In this document: positions 26,862 to 35,834 of the stretch, in pieces
Layout: every line of letters begins with the position of its first letter
Position numbering within the stretch: the first letter of the stretch is position 1
Source: Frankiales bacterium
GTDB taxonomy: Bacteria > Actinomycetota > Actinomycetes > Mycobacteriales > SCTD01
NCBI GenBank assembly: GCA_025352005.1
Contig: JANXUE010000312.1
Coordinates: 1-48,223 of the forward strand
DNA: 48,223 nucleotides
Direction of reading: 5' to 3'
The notes under the pieces: generated by a model
Seen by the model: only the letters and a program-made list of their open reading frames with translations
Database searches by the model: none
Told to the model about the DNA's origin: nothing
Translations under genes and position numbers: made by a program

Positions 26862-27665
26862 ATGTCGGTGACCACGATCGCAGCCGTTCAGCGGCCGGAC
26901 TCAGGTGCTGCGCACTCCCTGTGGCTGGCTGACGGTGGTCGGCGTGCGCTGACCCGGGTCGTGCTGCCGATCCTGCTGCTGGCAGCGGTCGCCTGGGTGT
27001 ACACCACCCAGATGTCTGGCTCGATGAGCATGACGTTCGCCGCCTTCACCAGTTCGTGGCTGGTCATGATGGTGGCGATGATGCTGCCAGCGGTGGCGCC
27101 TGTCGTCGCGTTGTACGTGATGGCCGCGCGGCGAGGGGTGGTGGCGTCAGTGCCGATCTTCCTGGCCGGCTACCTGCTGGTCTGGGCCGTCTCGTCGCTG
27201 CCCGCCTATGCGATGTCGCGGGCGGTGTCCGAGCCGCTGATGAGGGGCAGCCCGTGGCTGGCTCGACTCGCCGGCGCGGCACTGCTCACAGCGGCGGTCT
27301 ACCAGCTGACTCCGTGGAAGGACGTGTGCCTGCGGCACTGCCGCTCGCCGCTGTCGTTCTTCTTGTCCCGTACCCGCGGACTGTCCCAGAACAGGGACGC
27401 CTTCGCCGCGGGCGCAACGCACGGGCTGTACTGCCTGGGCTGCTGCTGGGCGCTGATGGCCGTCCTGATCGTGCTCGGCGGAATGCAGCTCGGCTGGGCG
27501 CTGGTCCTCGCGGCCGTCATCACCGTCGAAAAGCTCGCCCCCTGGGGTGCCCTCGCCGCCCGCCTTACCGCCCTCACCGCGGCGGGTGTGGGCATCGCCC
27601 TGATCGCCGCTCCCGCACTGCTGCAGCACCTCGTCACCGTCCCCGTGGTCACCACACCTATGTAG
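26862..27665 (+). CDS. DUF2182 family integral membrane protein (predicted metal-binding)
   Basis: Multi-TM protein with the family-typical Met-rich helix WLVMMVAMMLPAVAPV and the Cys/His motifs CLRHCRSP and HGLYCLGCCWALM. ATG 26862 is preferred over the track start at 26820. Confidence 0.8.
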   Translation: MSVTTIAAVQRPDSGAAHSLWLADGGRRALTRVVLPILLLAAVAWVYTTQMSGSMSMTFAAFTSSWLVMMVAMMLPAVAPVVALYVMAARRGVVASVPIFLAGYLLVWAVSSLPAYAMSRAVSEPLMRGSPWLARLAGAALLTAAVYQLTPWKDVCLRHCRSPLSFFLSRTRGLSQNRDAFAAGATHGLYCLGCCWALMAVLIVLGGMQLGWALVLAAVITVEKLAPWGALAARLTALTAAGVGIALIAAPALLQHLVTVPVVTTPM

Positions 27666-27670
27666 GAGGA
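27664..27670 (+). promoter_or_regulatory. Shine-Dalgarno AGGAGGA for the DUF1326 gene, overlapping the DUF2182 stop codon
   Basis: The sequence tgTAGGAGGAacgcATG has the stop TAG at 27663-27665 and the ATG at 27675. Confidence 0.7.
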
Positions 27671-27674
27671 ACGC

Positions 27675-28313
27675 ATGAGCACTGCCACCGAGACCAGCCA
27701 ACGCACCGATTGGCGCCTGACCGGGCAAGGATATGAGTTCTGCAACTGCGCCCCAGGGTGCGGCTGCAACTTCGGCGGCTTCCCCACCTCCCCCGACGGC
27801 AGCTGCCGAGCGGTGGTTGGCAACGTCATCGCCTCCGGGCACTGCGGCGACGTCGACCTCAGTGGGGTCACCGCGGTCGCCATCGTCGACTGGCCCAAGG
27901 CGATTCACGAGGGCGGCGGGAAGGCCGTGTTCGTCGTCGCGCCGGAGACCACCGAAGAGCAGGTCGGCGCGCTTTCCCAGATCTACACCGGACAGCTCGG
28001 CGGCATGCCCTGGGAGCTGCTGGGCGGCACCTTCGAGGTAATCGGCCTGGTCAAGACCGCCATTCACCTTGCTGGCGACGGCCTCAACGTGTCGCTGACG
28101 ATGGACGGCATCGGCAAGGCCGACGGCCGCTACTTCGCCAACCCCGTCACCGGGGAGCAGCACAAAGCGCACATCGTGCTCCCCGACGGTTTCATCTGGA
28201 CCAAGGGCGAGTGTGGCATCGGCTCGTTCACCGCAGAAGCCGAAGGCTTGTCCCTGACCTACAACGACTCCAACTGGATTCTGTACGACTTCGACTGGAC
28301 CAACGCGACCTGA
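27675..28313 (+). CDS. DUF1326 family protein (five N-terminal conserved cysteines)
   Basis: 212 aa. WRLTGQGYEFCNCAPGCGCNFGGFP...GSCRAVV is the C-x-C-x3-C-x-C...C signature of DUF1326. Confidence 0.82.
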   Translation: MSTATETSQRTDWRLTGQGYEFCNCAPGCGCNFGGFPTSPDGSCRAVVGNVIASGHCGDVDLSGVTAVAIVDWPKAIHEGGGKAVFVVAPETTEEQVGALSQIYTGQLGGMPWELLGGTFEVIGLVKTAIHLAGDGLNVSLTMDGIGKADGRYFANPVTGEQHKAHIVLPDGFIWTKGECGIGSFTAEAEGLSLTYNDSNWILYDFDWTNAT

Positions 28314-28344
28314 CGATCCGGCCAGCTACCGACGACGCCCCCGA

Positions 28345-31300
28345 TCAGGAGCCGAGCGGGAGGCAACCAGGGCCGAGCAGAGCCTTGAGGTCGGCGAAGA
28401 ACGACGCTGTGGCCGTCACCCGCAGCCGATCGTCGAGGCGCACGACAGTGGTCTTGCCACCGTTGACGAGCTGGAGGTGCACCTCGGTCGTACCCGGGTG
28501 GGCACGCAGGACCTCCTTGAGCCGCTCGACGACCGGTGGGGTGCACTTCGGCGTCGGCATCGACACCGTCACCGGCCCGCGGGGACCCACGGACAGGTCG
28601 GGGACGGTGATGTCGGAGGCAATCAGCTTCGGGGTCTCATCCCGCTTGTCGACCCGTCCGCGGATCAGGACGACGGCGTCCTCGACGAGGTGCACCGCCG
28701 CGGACTGGTAGGTCGCCGGGAAGAACATCACCTCGACGGCGCCCTCGAGGTCCTCGAGCTGTACCGCCGCCCACGCGTTGCCCTGCTTGGTGACCTTGCG
28801 GGCGACCGACGACAAGATCCCACCGACGACGACCGAGGCCCCGTCCGCGAGGTCGACCAGCCCGGACACGGGGCAGTCGACGGCGCCGGCGATGACGTGC
28901 TCGACACCGAACAGCGGGTGGTCCGACACGTACAGCCCGAGCATCTCGCGCTCGTAGGCGAGCAGGACGGCCTTCTCCCACTCCCCCACCGGAATCTGGA
29001 TGTCGAAGATGCCGCCACCGCGGTTGCCCTCGTCGTCCGTGCTCTCGCCGGCGACTCCATCAACTCCGCTGAACAGGTCGTACTGTCCGATCGCCTCGGC
29101 CTTCTTGGTGTCGAGGCAGGCGTCGATCGCCTCGGCATGCACCTGGTGAAGCCCCTTGCGGGTGTGGCCGAGGGAGTCAAAGGCACCCGCCTTGATGAGC
29201 GACTCCACGGTCTTCTTGTTGACCCCGACCGCCTCGACCTTCTTGAGGTAGTCGGCGAAGTCACCGAAGCGGCCCTTGGCGGTGCGGGTCGCGACGATCG
29301 AGGCCACCACGTTGGTGCCGACGTTGCGGATCGCCGACAGGCCGAACCGGATGTCGGTGCCCCGTGGGGTGAAGTCGGAGTCGGAGTCGTTGACGTCGGG
29401 CGGGAGCACCTTGATGCCCATCCGGCGGCACTCCGCGAGGTAGAGGGCGCTCTTGTCCTTGTCGTCCCTGACCGAGGTGAGCAGGGCCGCCATGTACTCC
29501 GACGGGTAGTTGGCCTTGAGGTAGGCCGTCCAGAACGACACCAGCCCGTAACCAGCGGTGTGGGCCCGGTTGAAGGCGTAGTTGGAGAAGGGGACCAGGA
29601 TCTCCCACAGCGTCTTGATCGCGTGCTCGGAGTAGCCGTTGGCCTTCATCCCGTCGGAGAACGGGATGTACTCCTTGTCGAGGATCTCCTTCTTCTTCTT
29701 GCTCATCGCGCGCCGCAGCAGGTCCGCGGCGCCGAGGGTGTAGCCGGCTAGGCGCTGGGCGATCGCCATCACCTGCTCCTGGTAGACGATCAACCCGTAG
29801 GTGTCGCCCAGAATGTCCTCAAGCGGTTTCTCGAGCTCGGGGTGGATCGCGACGACCGGCTTGCGCCCGGTCTTGCGGTCGGCGTAGTCGTTGTGGGCGT
29901 TGGCCCCCATCGGACCCGGCCGGTACAGCGCCAGCACGGCCGAAATGGTCTCGAACGAGTCCGGCTGCATGGAACGCAGCAGGGCGCGCATCGGTCCGCC
30001 GTCGAGCTGGAACACCCCCAGGGTGTCGCCCCGGGACAGCAGCTCGTACGTCGGGCCGTCGGGGACCATCTCGTCGAGAGCCTCGAGCACGACCGTCTCG
30101 TTGCAGTTGACCTCGATGTGCGCGAGGCAGTCGTCGAGAACGGTGAGGTTGCGCAGCCCCAGAAAGTCCATCTTCAGCAGGCCGAGCGTCTCGCAGGCAC
30201 CCATGTCGAATTGGGTGATGATCGCGCCGTCGGCCTCGCGGCGATGAATCGGGATGACGTCGAGTAGCGGCTCGCGGCACAGGATCACCCCTGCGGCGTG
30301 CACCCCCCACTGCCGCTTCAGGCCCTCGAGGCCGAGGGCGGTGTCGACGACGGCCTTCGCGTCAGGGTCGGACTCGTACAGGGCACGGAACTCGCCCGCC
30401 TCGCCGTACCGCTTGTGGCTGGGGTCGAAGATGCCCGACAACGGCACGTCCTTGCCCATGACGGGAGCGGGCATTGCCTTGGTGATCTTGTCGCCGGTCG
30501 CGAACGGGTAGCCGAGCACGCGGGAGGCGTCCTTGACGGCCTGCTTGGCCTTGATCGTGCCGTAGGTGATGATCTGGGAGACGCGCTCCTCGCCGTATTT
30601 CTCGGTGGCGTAACGGATCATGTCGCCGCGCCGGCGCTCGTCGAAGTCGAGGTCGATGTCGGGCATCGAGATGCGGTCAGGGTTGAGGAACCGCTCGAAC
30701 AGCAGCTTGTGCTTGACCGGGTCGAGCTCGGTGATCTTCAGCGCGTAGGCGACGAGCGAGCCGGCTGCCGACCCACGGCCTGGTCCGACCCGGATACCGC
30801 TCTGCTTGGCGTACCGGCACAGGTCGGCGGTGACGAGGAAATAGCCGGGGAAGCCCATGTTGCAGATGACGTCGACCTCGTAGTCGGCCTGCACGGTGTG
30901 ACCTTCGGGCACCTGCCCGCTGAAGCGCTCCCGCAGGCCCTCGTGGACGAGGTGGCGCAGCCAGGTCTGCTCGGTCCAGCCCTCGGGCACCTCGACGCGG
31001 GGCATCAGGTCGGCGCCTTCGTTGAAGGTGGTCTCACAACGCTCGGCGATCAGCAGCGTGTTGTCGCACGCCTCGGGGAACTCGCGCCACAGGTGTCGCA
31101 TCTCGGCCGGCGACTTCACGTAGAAGTCGTGGGCGTCGAACTTGAAGCGGTTGGGGTCGGCCATCGTCTTGCCGGACTGCACGCACAGCAGGACCTCGTG
31201 CGCCTTGGCGTCGGCCTCGTCGACGTAGTGCAGGTCGTTCGTCGCGATGAACGCGATGCCCATCTCCTTGGCGAGCCGGATCAGGTCCTGCTGCGGCCGG

Positions 31301-31899
31301 CGCTCGATCTCGAGCCCGTGGTCCATCAGTTCGCAGTAGAAGTTGTCCGCACCGAAGATGTCGCGGAACTCCCCCGCGGACCGCTTGGCCTTCTCGTACT
31401 CCCCCATCCGCAGGTAGGTCTGGATCTCCCCCGACGGGCAGCCGGTCGTCCCGATCATGTCGACGGCGTGCTCGGCGAGCAGCTCCTTGTCGACGCGGGG
31501 CTTGTAGTAGTACCCCTCCAGCGAGGCCAGCGAGGACAGCCGGAACAGCGCGTGCATCCCCTTCTGGCTGGTGGAGAGCATCGTCATGTGGGTGTAGGCG
31601 CCGCCACCGGAGATGTCGTCCTCGCCACCGGCGCCCCAGCGGTGCCGGGTCTTGTCGAAGCGGGACCCCGGAGCGATATACATCTCGCTGCCGATGATCG
31701 GCTTGATGCCATAGGCCTTGGACTTCTTCCAGAAGTCATACGCCCCGAACACGTTGCCGTGGTCGGTCATCGCGATGGCCGGCATGCCGAGCTCTTGGGT
31801 GCGCTTGAACAGGTCATCGAGGCGGGCCGCACCATCGAGCATGGAGTACTCGGTGTGCACGTGCAGGTGCACGAACGAGTCGCTCGACGCGGATGACAT
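28345..31899 (-). CDS. dnaE: DNA polymerase III subunit alpha
   Basis: 1184 aa. PHP domain FVHLHVHTEYSMLDGA, a polymerase core (GRGSAAGSLVAYAL, DIDLDF) and a C-terminal OB fold. Confidence 0.97.
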   Translation of the reverse strand: MSSASSDSFVHLHVHTEYSMLDGAARLDDLFKRTQELGMPAIAMTDHGNVFGAYDFWKKSKAYGIKPIIGSEMYIAPGSRFDKTRHRWGAGGEDDISGGGAYTHMTMLSTSQKGMHALFRLSSLASLEGYYYKPRVDKELLAEHAVDMIGTTGCPSGEIQTYLRMGEYEKAKRSAGEFRDIFGADNFYCELMDHGLEIERRPQQDLIRLAKEMGIAFIATNDLHYVDEADAKAHEVLLCVQSGKTMADPNRFKFDAHDFYVKSPAEMRHLWREFPEACDNTLLIAERCETTFNEGADLMPRVEVPEGWTEQTWLRHLVHEGLRERFSGQVPEGHTVQADYEVDVICNMGFPGYFLVTADLCRYAKQSGIRVGPGRGSAAGSLVAYALKITELDPVKHKLLFERFLNPDRISMPDIDLDFDERRRGDMIRYATEKYGEERVSQIITYGTIKAKQAVKDASRVLGYPFATGDKITKAMPAPVMGKDVPLSGIFDPSHKRYGEAGEFRALYESDPDAKAVVDTALGLEGLKRQWGVHAAGVILCREPLLDVIPIHRREADGAIITQFDMGACETLGLLKMDFLGLRNLTVLDDCLAHIEVNCNETVVLEALDEMVPDGPTYELLSRGDTLGVFQLDGGPMRALLRSMQPDSFETISAVLALYRPGPMGANAHNDYADRKTGRKPVVAIHPELEKPLEDILGDTYGLIVYQEQVMAIAQRLAGYTLGAADLLRRAMSKKKKEILDKEYIPFSDGMKANGYSEHAIKTLWEILVPFSNYAFNRAHTAGYGLVSFWTAYLKANYPSEYMAALLTSVRDDKDKSALYLAECRRMGIKVLPPDVNDSDSDFTPRGTDIRFGLSAIRNVGTNVVASIVATRTAKGRFGDFADYLKKVEAVGVNKKTVESLIKAGAFDSLGHTRKGLHQVHAEAIDACLDTKKAEAIGQYDLFSGVDGVAGESTDDEGNRGGGIFDIQIPVGEWEKAVLLAYEREMLGLYVSDHPLFGVEHVIAGAVDCPVSGLVDLADGASVVVGGILSSVARKVTKQGNAWAAVQLEDLEGAVEVMFFPATYQSAAVHLVEDAVVLIRGRVDKRDETPKLIASDITVPDLSVGPRGPVTVSMPTPKCTPPVVERLKEVLRAHPGTTEVHLQLVNGGKTTVVRLDDRLRVTATASFFADLKALLGPGCLPLGS

Positions 31900-32082
31900 G
31901 CGGGGGCTCTCCAGGGTTCGCCGATGAGGGACAGGGCGGTCCGAGGGGAAGGCGGGCCGAGCTCTGCTGTGGTGGTTCTGGGGTCGTTCTCACGTGGTCT
32001 TGTGGGCGCGTGGGCAGGGCCCCATTCTGGCACGCAGCTGCGACAGACGAGTGTCAACGCACCGGCAGGGCAGACTTGCCGC

Positions 32083-32547
32083 GTGCACATCTCCGCCAAG
32101 GCCGACTACGCCGTACGCGCAGCCATCCAGCTGGCGTCCTCCTCGGAGTTCCCCGTGACCAGTGAGTCGATTGCGACCGCCCAGGACATCCCGGCCAAGT
32201 TCCTCGAAGCGATCTTGTCCCAGCTGCGCCAGTCAGGGCTCGTCAAGAGCCGAAGGGGCGCCCACGGCGGCTACTGGCTGTCCCGGCCGGCCGACGAGAT
32301 CTCGGTCGCGGACGTCATCCGGGCCGTCGAGGGGCCGATGGCGCTGGTCCGCGGCGAACGCCCCGAGCTCGTCGCCTACCACGGCTCGGCCGAGCCCCTG
32401 ATGCAGGTCTGGGTCGCGGTCCGGGCCGCCCTACGCGCGGTCCTCGGCAACGTGACGCTCGCCGACATCGCCACCGGCAAGGTCCCGACGCACATCACGC
32501 AGCTGACCAGTGACCCCGACGCTTGGGTCGCACCCTGGTTCGACTGA
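32083..32547 (+). CDS. Rrf2-family transcriptional regulator (no cysteines, so cluster-less type)
   Basis: GTG 32083 start. It has ISAKADYAVRAAIQLA, the wHTH region IPAKFLEAILSQLRQSGLVKSRRGAHGGYWL, and no Cys residue anywhere. Confidence 0.83.
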   Translation: MHISAKADYAVRAAIQLASSSEFPVTSESIATAQDIPAKFLEAILSQLRQSGLVKSRRGAHGGYWLSRPADEISVADVIRAVEGPMALVRGERPELVAYHGSAEPLMQVWVAVRAALRAVLGNVTLADIATGKVPTHITQLTSDPDAWVAPWFD

Positions 32548-32562
32548 CGCACCTGCCCACGA

Positions 32563-33033
32563 TCAGCCCCTCGGTACGACGAGCTCCTGCAGCACGGCGC
32601 CCGCGAGGTCGGCCCAGCCGTCGACAGCCAGGACCGCGAGGGCGCAGGTCGGTAGCCCCCGGTTGCTCCGGTCCCGCGCGTGTGGGCTGTCATCGAGGGC
32701 CCAGACGAGCCGCTCGAGGCCGGGGTTATGGCCCACCAGCACCAGCGTCCCGACGTCCTCCGGGGTCTCGCGGATGATGTCGAGCAACTCGTCGTCGGTG
32801 GCGAGGTAGAGCCGTTCGTCGTACAACGCCCCCGGAAGCCCGACGCAGGACCAGGTCTGACGGGCCCGCTCGGCGGTGGAGACGAGGGTCAGGTCCGGTG
32901 CCAGCTGCCTGCCGCGCAGCCACTCGCCCGCGGCTGCGGCGTCCCTGCTCCCCCGCGGCGCGAGCACCCGGGAGTGGTCATCAGCGCGGGCAGGCTCGGC
33001 CTTGGCGTGCCGGAAGAGGACAAGGAGCGACAT
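32563..33033 (-). CDS. sixA: Histidine phosphatase family protein (SixA-like phosphohistidine phosphatase)
   Basis: 156 aa with an RHA(K) catalytic motif (LVLFRHAKAEP) and a GHNPGLE motif. Confidence 0.82.
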   Translation of the reverse strand: MSLLVLFRHAKAEPARADDHSRVLAPRGSRDAAAAGEWLRGRQLAPDLTLVSTAERARQTWSCVGLPGALYDERLYLATDDELLDIIRETPEDVGTLVLVGHNPGLERLVWALDDSPHARDRSNRGLPTCALAVLAVDGWADLAGAVLQELVVPRG

Positions 33034-33053
33034 GGCACCTAGCGTCCCAGGTC

Positions 33054-33392
33054 ATGGGAGTGCCTGTGCAGATCGCGATCGACTGCGCCGACCCGGAGCG
33101 CCTGGTGCCGTTCTGGTGCCTGGCCCTGTCCTAGGAGCCGGCTCCGGATGCCGCCACGACCTGGTTCCAACCTGTACCAGAGGCCAAGACCGTCAAGAAC
33201 CGGGTGCACCTTGACGTGCAGGTCGGCGGTGGCCGGTCCGTACCGGTTGAGCAGCGTCAGGTCGTCGTCCGGGCGAAGGCTGCCCAGCTGCTCGCCGCGG
33301 GTGGGGTCGTGCTGCGTGAGCTGAACGAGGTCGCGGGCCACTTCGGGGTCACGATGCGCGACCCTGAGGGCAACGAGCTCTGCATCACCTAG
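33054..33392 (+). pseudogene. VOC/glyoxalase-like domain protein interrupted by an in-frame TAG (33132-33134)
   Basis: Read in one frame: MGVPVQIAIDCADPERLVPFWCLALS-TAG-EPAPD..FQPVPEAKTVKNRVHLDV...GVTMRDPEGNELCIT. These family-typical motifs flank the stop. The middle section looks shortened. Confidence 0.68.
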
Positions 33393-34573
33393 GTCCGCGG
33401 CTCGTGCACGGCGGGCGCGAGCGCGGCTCCCAACGCGAGCAGGACCGCCACCGCGATCAGTGCGTGCAAGACGGTGAAGCTGTTTGCGAGAAAGCCAATC
33501 AGGGGTGGTCCCCCGAGGAACGCGCAGTAGCCGATCGAGGCGATGACGCTGACCCGGCCGGCAGCCAGCGCAGGCTCGTCGGCGCCGGCGCTCATGCCGA
33601 CCGGGAAGCCGAGCGACACCCCGAGCCCCCACAGGACGGCTCCGACAAACGCCAGCGGCGCCGCCGGTGAGAGGACGAACACCAGCAGGCCCGCGACGCT
33701 CAGCAGGGCCATGGCGCGCACGACGGGGACCCGCCCGAAGCGGTCCAGCAGAGCTGGGCCGAACCAGCGGCCGGTCGTCATCGCGACGAGGAACGCCGCG
33801 AACACCAGGGTGCCTACTGCCGCCGACAGGCCGTAGCCCTCGATGGCAGCCAGGCTGATCCAGTCGTTGCCGGCCCCCTCAGCGAAAGCTGCCGTGAGAA
33901 CGAACACCCCGATCAGCAGGGTGCGCGGCTCGCGCCAGGCGGCGAGGGCACTCCTGTTGTTGGGTGCGTCGAGGTGTTCCTGCTCGACGTCGGGGACGAA
34001 GTCCCGCGCGCCCCACGGCACGACGACGGCCACGAGGGCGGCGACGCCGAGCAGGTGCGGCGTGACGGGTACCTGGAGAGCGACCATGCCGGCCCCGCCG
34101 AGCGCACCGGCGACCGTGCCGAGGCTGAAGCCGGCATGGAAGCGGGACATGACCGACCGGCCCAGCTGCCGCTCCACGACGGCCCCGTGGACGTTCATTG
34201 CGACGTCCCAGGCACCGATGGCCAAGCCGAGAAGGAACAGTCCGACGACGACCAGCCACACGCCGACCAGGTACCCCACGGCCACCGTACCCAGGGCTGC
34301 CGACAGCAGCAGTGACATCACGGTGACCGTCCGCGCCGATCCGAGGTGGCTCACGAGCTGTCCCGACAGCGGCAGGGCGAGCACCGAGCCGGCGGCGATC
34401 GCGAGCAGTACGACGCCCAGCGTGCCTGCGTCCAGCGACAGGTGGCTCTTGACCTGCGGGATCCGCGACGCCCAACTGGAGAAGGCGAAGCCAGCCCCGA
34501 TGAACGCGACGTAGGTGCCCCTCATGGCTGCGCCGACGACGGGGATCGGTAGTACGGCGGTCATGCTCGACAC
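33389..34573 (-). CDS. MFS transporter
   Basis: 394 aa with about 12 hydrophobic helices and a typical MFS loop pattern. Its stop shares the palindrome CTAG (33389-33392) with the convergent VOC remnant. Confidence 0.82.
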   Translation of the reverse strand: MSSMTAVLPIPVVGAAMRGTYVAFIGAGFAFSSWASRIPQVKSHLSLDAGTLGVVLLAIAAGSVLALPLSGQLVSHLGSARTVTVMSLLLSAALGTVAVGYLVGVWLVVVGLFLLGLAIGAWDVAMNVHGAVVERQLGRSVMSRFHAGFSLGTVAGALGGAGMVALQVPVTPHLLGVAALVAVVVPWGARDFVPDVEQEHLDAPNNRSALAAWREPRTLLIGVFVLTAAFAEGAGNDWISLAAIEGYGLSAAVGTLVFAAFLVAMTTGRWFGPALLDRFGRVPVVRAMALLSVAGLLVFVLSPAAPLAFVGAVLWGLGVSLGFPVGMSAGADEPALAAGRVSVIASIGYCAFLGGPPLIGFLANSFTVLHALIAVAVLLALGAALAPAVHEPRT

Positions 34574-34614
34574 CGTAGGCGGGCCACACTGTCCGTCGCG
34601 TCATGGTCGGCCCC

Positions 34615-34953
34615 GTGAGACTCATGCCCTATGCGACGGAGCATGTCGTGGCCATCCAGTCCTACCTCGACGACCCTGCCGCTCCGCCGCCTGGGCCATC
34701 CTCGACTTCGACGGGTCCGTCCTCGGCTTCGCCTGCGCGCCGCATCTGTCCAAGGCCACCGGTGACGTCGAGCTCGGCTACATCGTCAACCCGATCGCGC
34801 GCGGTCGGGGCGTCGCGACGTGGGTGCTGCCCGAGCTGACCGGCTGGGCCTTCGGCTGGGGGCAGCCGCGTCGACACCACGGTGTGGTCGCGGCTGCCCT
34901 CTGACCCGAAAGTCGTGGAGGACGAAGGCGCGGGGGCGTACGTTCAGGGCTGA
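34615..34953 (+). pseudogene. GNAT (RimJ/RimL-like) N-acetyltransferase remnant, frameshifted and internally deleted
   Basis: Three pieces in two frames. VRLMPYATEHVVAIQSYLDDPA is in frame 1. AAWAILDFDGSVLGF...VELGYIVNPIARGRGVATWVLPELTGWAF is in frame 0. RVDTTVW...KVVEDEGAG is in frame 1. Confidence 0.55.
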
Positions 34954-34982
34954 CACCTCAACAGGAAGGGACCAGCATTTTC

Positions 34983-35777
34983 ATGGTCTCACCCTTTGTC
35001 GACGCGTCCTGGCTGGGTGACCACCCCGAGGCGGTGGTCGTCGACGTCCGCTCCTACCTCGACGGGCGCTCCGGTGCCGACGCCTACGCGCAGGGTCACC
35101 TGCCCGGTGCGGTGTTCGTGGACCTGTCCTCGGTGCTGGCCGCGCCACCGAGCACAGAGCAGGGCCGCCACCCACTGCCCACCCCGATGGTCTTCGCCGA
35201 GGGGATGCGCGCGGCGGGGATCGGCGACGACGACCGCGTGGTCGCCTACGACGATGACAGCGGCGTGATGGCCGCCCGGCTGGTCTGGTTGCTGCGCGTC
35301 ACGGGCCACCAGGCGGCGCTGCTCGACGGCGGCATCACCGCCTGGCGTGGCCGCCGAGAGACCGACACACCCCTACGGGCGCGGGCCGACTTCACCGAGA
35401 CCCCCTGGCCGACAGCACGACTGGCGTCCATCGACGAGGTCGCCGTACCGGGGACGAGGGTGGTGGACGCGCGACCCGGGCCACGCTTTCGCGGCGAGCT
35501 CGAACCGCTCGACGCACGGCCAGGACATATCCCCGGCGCCGTCAGTCTGCCGTCCCGGGAAAGCAGCAACGACCACGACCTGCTGCTGCCCTTGCACGTG
35601 CTGCGGACCAGGCTGGCGCCGGTCCTGCAGGACGGTTGGGTGTCCTCGTGCGGCTCCGGCGTGGCGGCCTGCCACACCCTGCTGCTCGCCGAGCACCTCG
35701 GCCTGCCGGCGGGTCGGCTCTACCCTGGCTCGTGGTCGCAGTGGGCCGCCACCGAGCGACTCGCGGAGACCGGCTGA
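34983..35777 (+). CDS. Thiosulfate/3-mercaptopyruvate sulfurtransferase (tandem rhodanese)
   Basis: 264 aa with two rhodanese repeats. Has HLPGAVFVDL and the active-site loop SSCGSGVAAC. Confidence 0.87.
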   Translation: MVSPFVDASWLGDHPEAVVVDVRSYLDGRSGADAYAQGHLPGAVFVDLSSVLAAPPSTEQGRHPLPTPMVFAEGMRAAGIGDDDRVVAYDDDSGVMAARLVWLLRVTGHQAALLDGGITAWRGRRETDTPLRARADFTETPWPTARLASIDEVAVPGTRVVDARPGPRFRGELEPLDARPGHIPGAVSLPSRESSNDHDLLLPLHVLRTRLAPVLQDGWVSSCGSGVAACHTLLLAEHLGLPAGRLYPGSWSQWAATERLAETG

Positions 35778-35834
35778 AGGGATACCCCCCTAACGGTCAC
35801 CAGCACGTTCGACCCTCCCGGGCACCTCGGCTCA

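Noticed and set aside
31900-32082. A LexA/SOS box or RecA-independent damage promoter upstream of dnaE.
   Set aside because: ggttctggggtcgttctc contains direct gttc repeats, not an inverted GAAC-N4-GTTC repeat. tgtcaacg matches the RecA-independent motif only partially and lacks a correctly spaced TANNNT.
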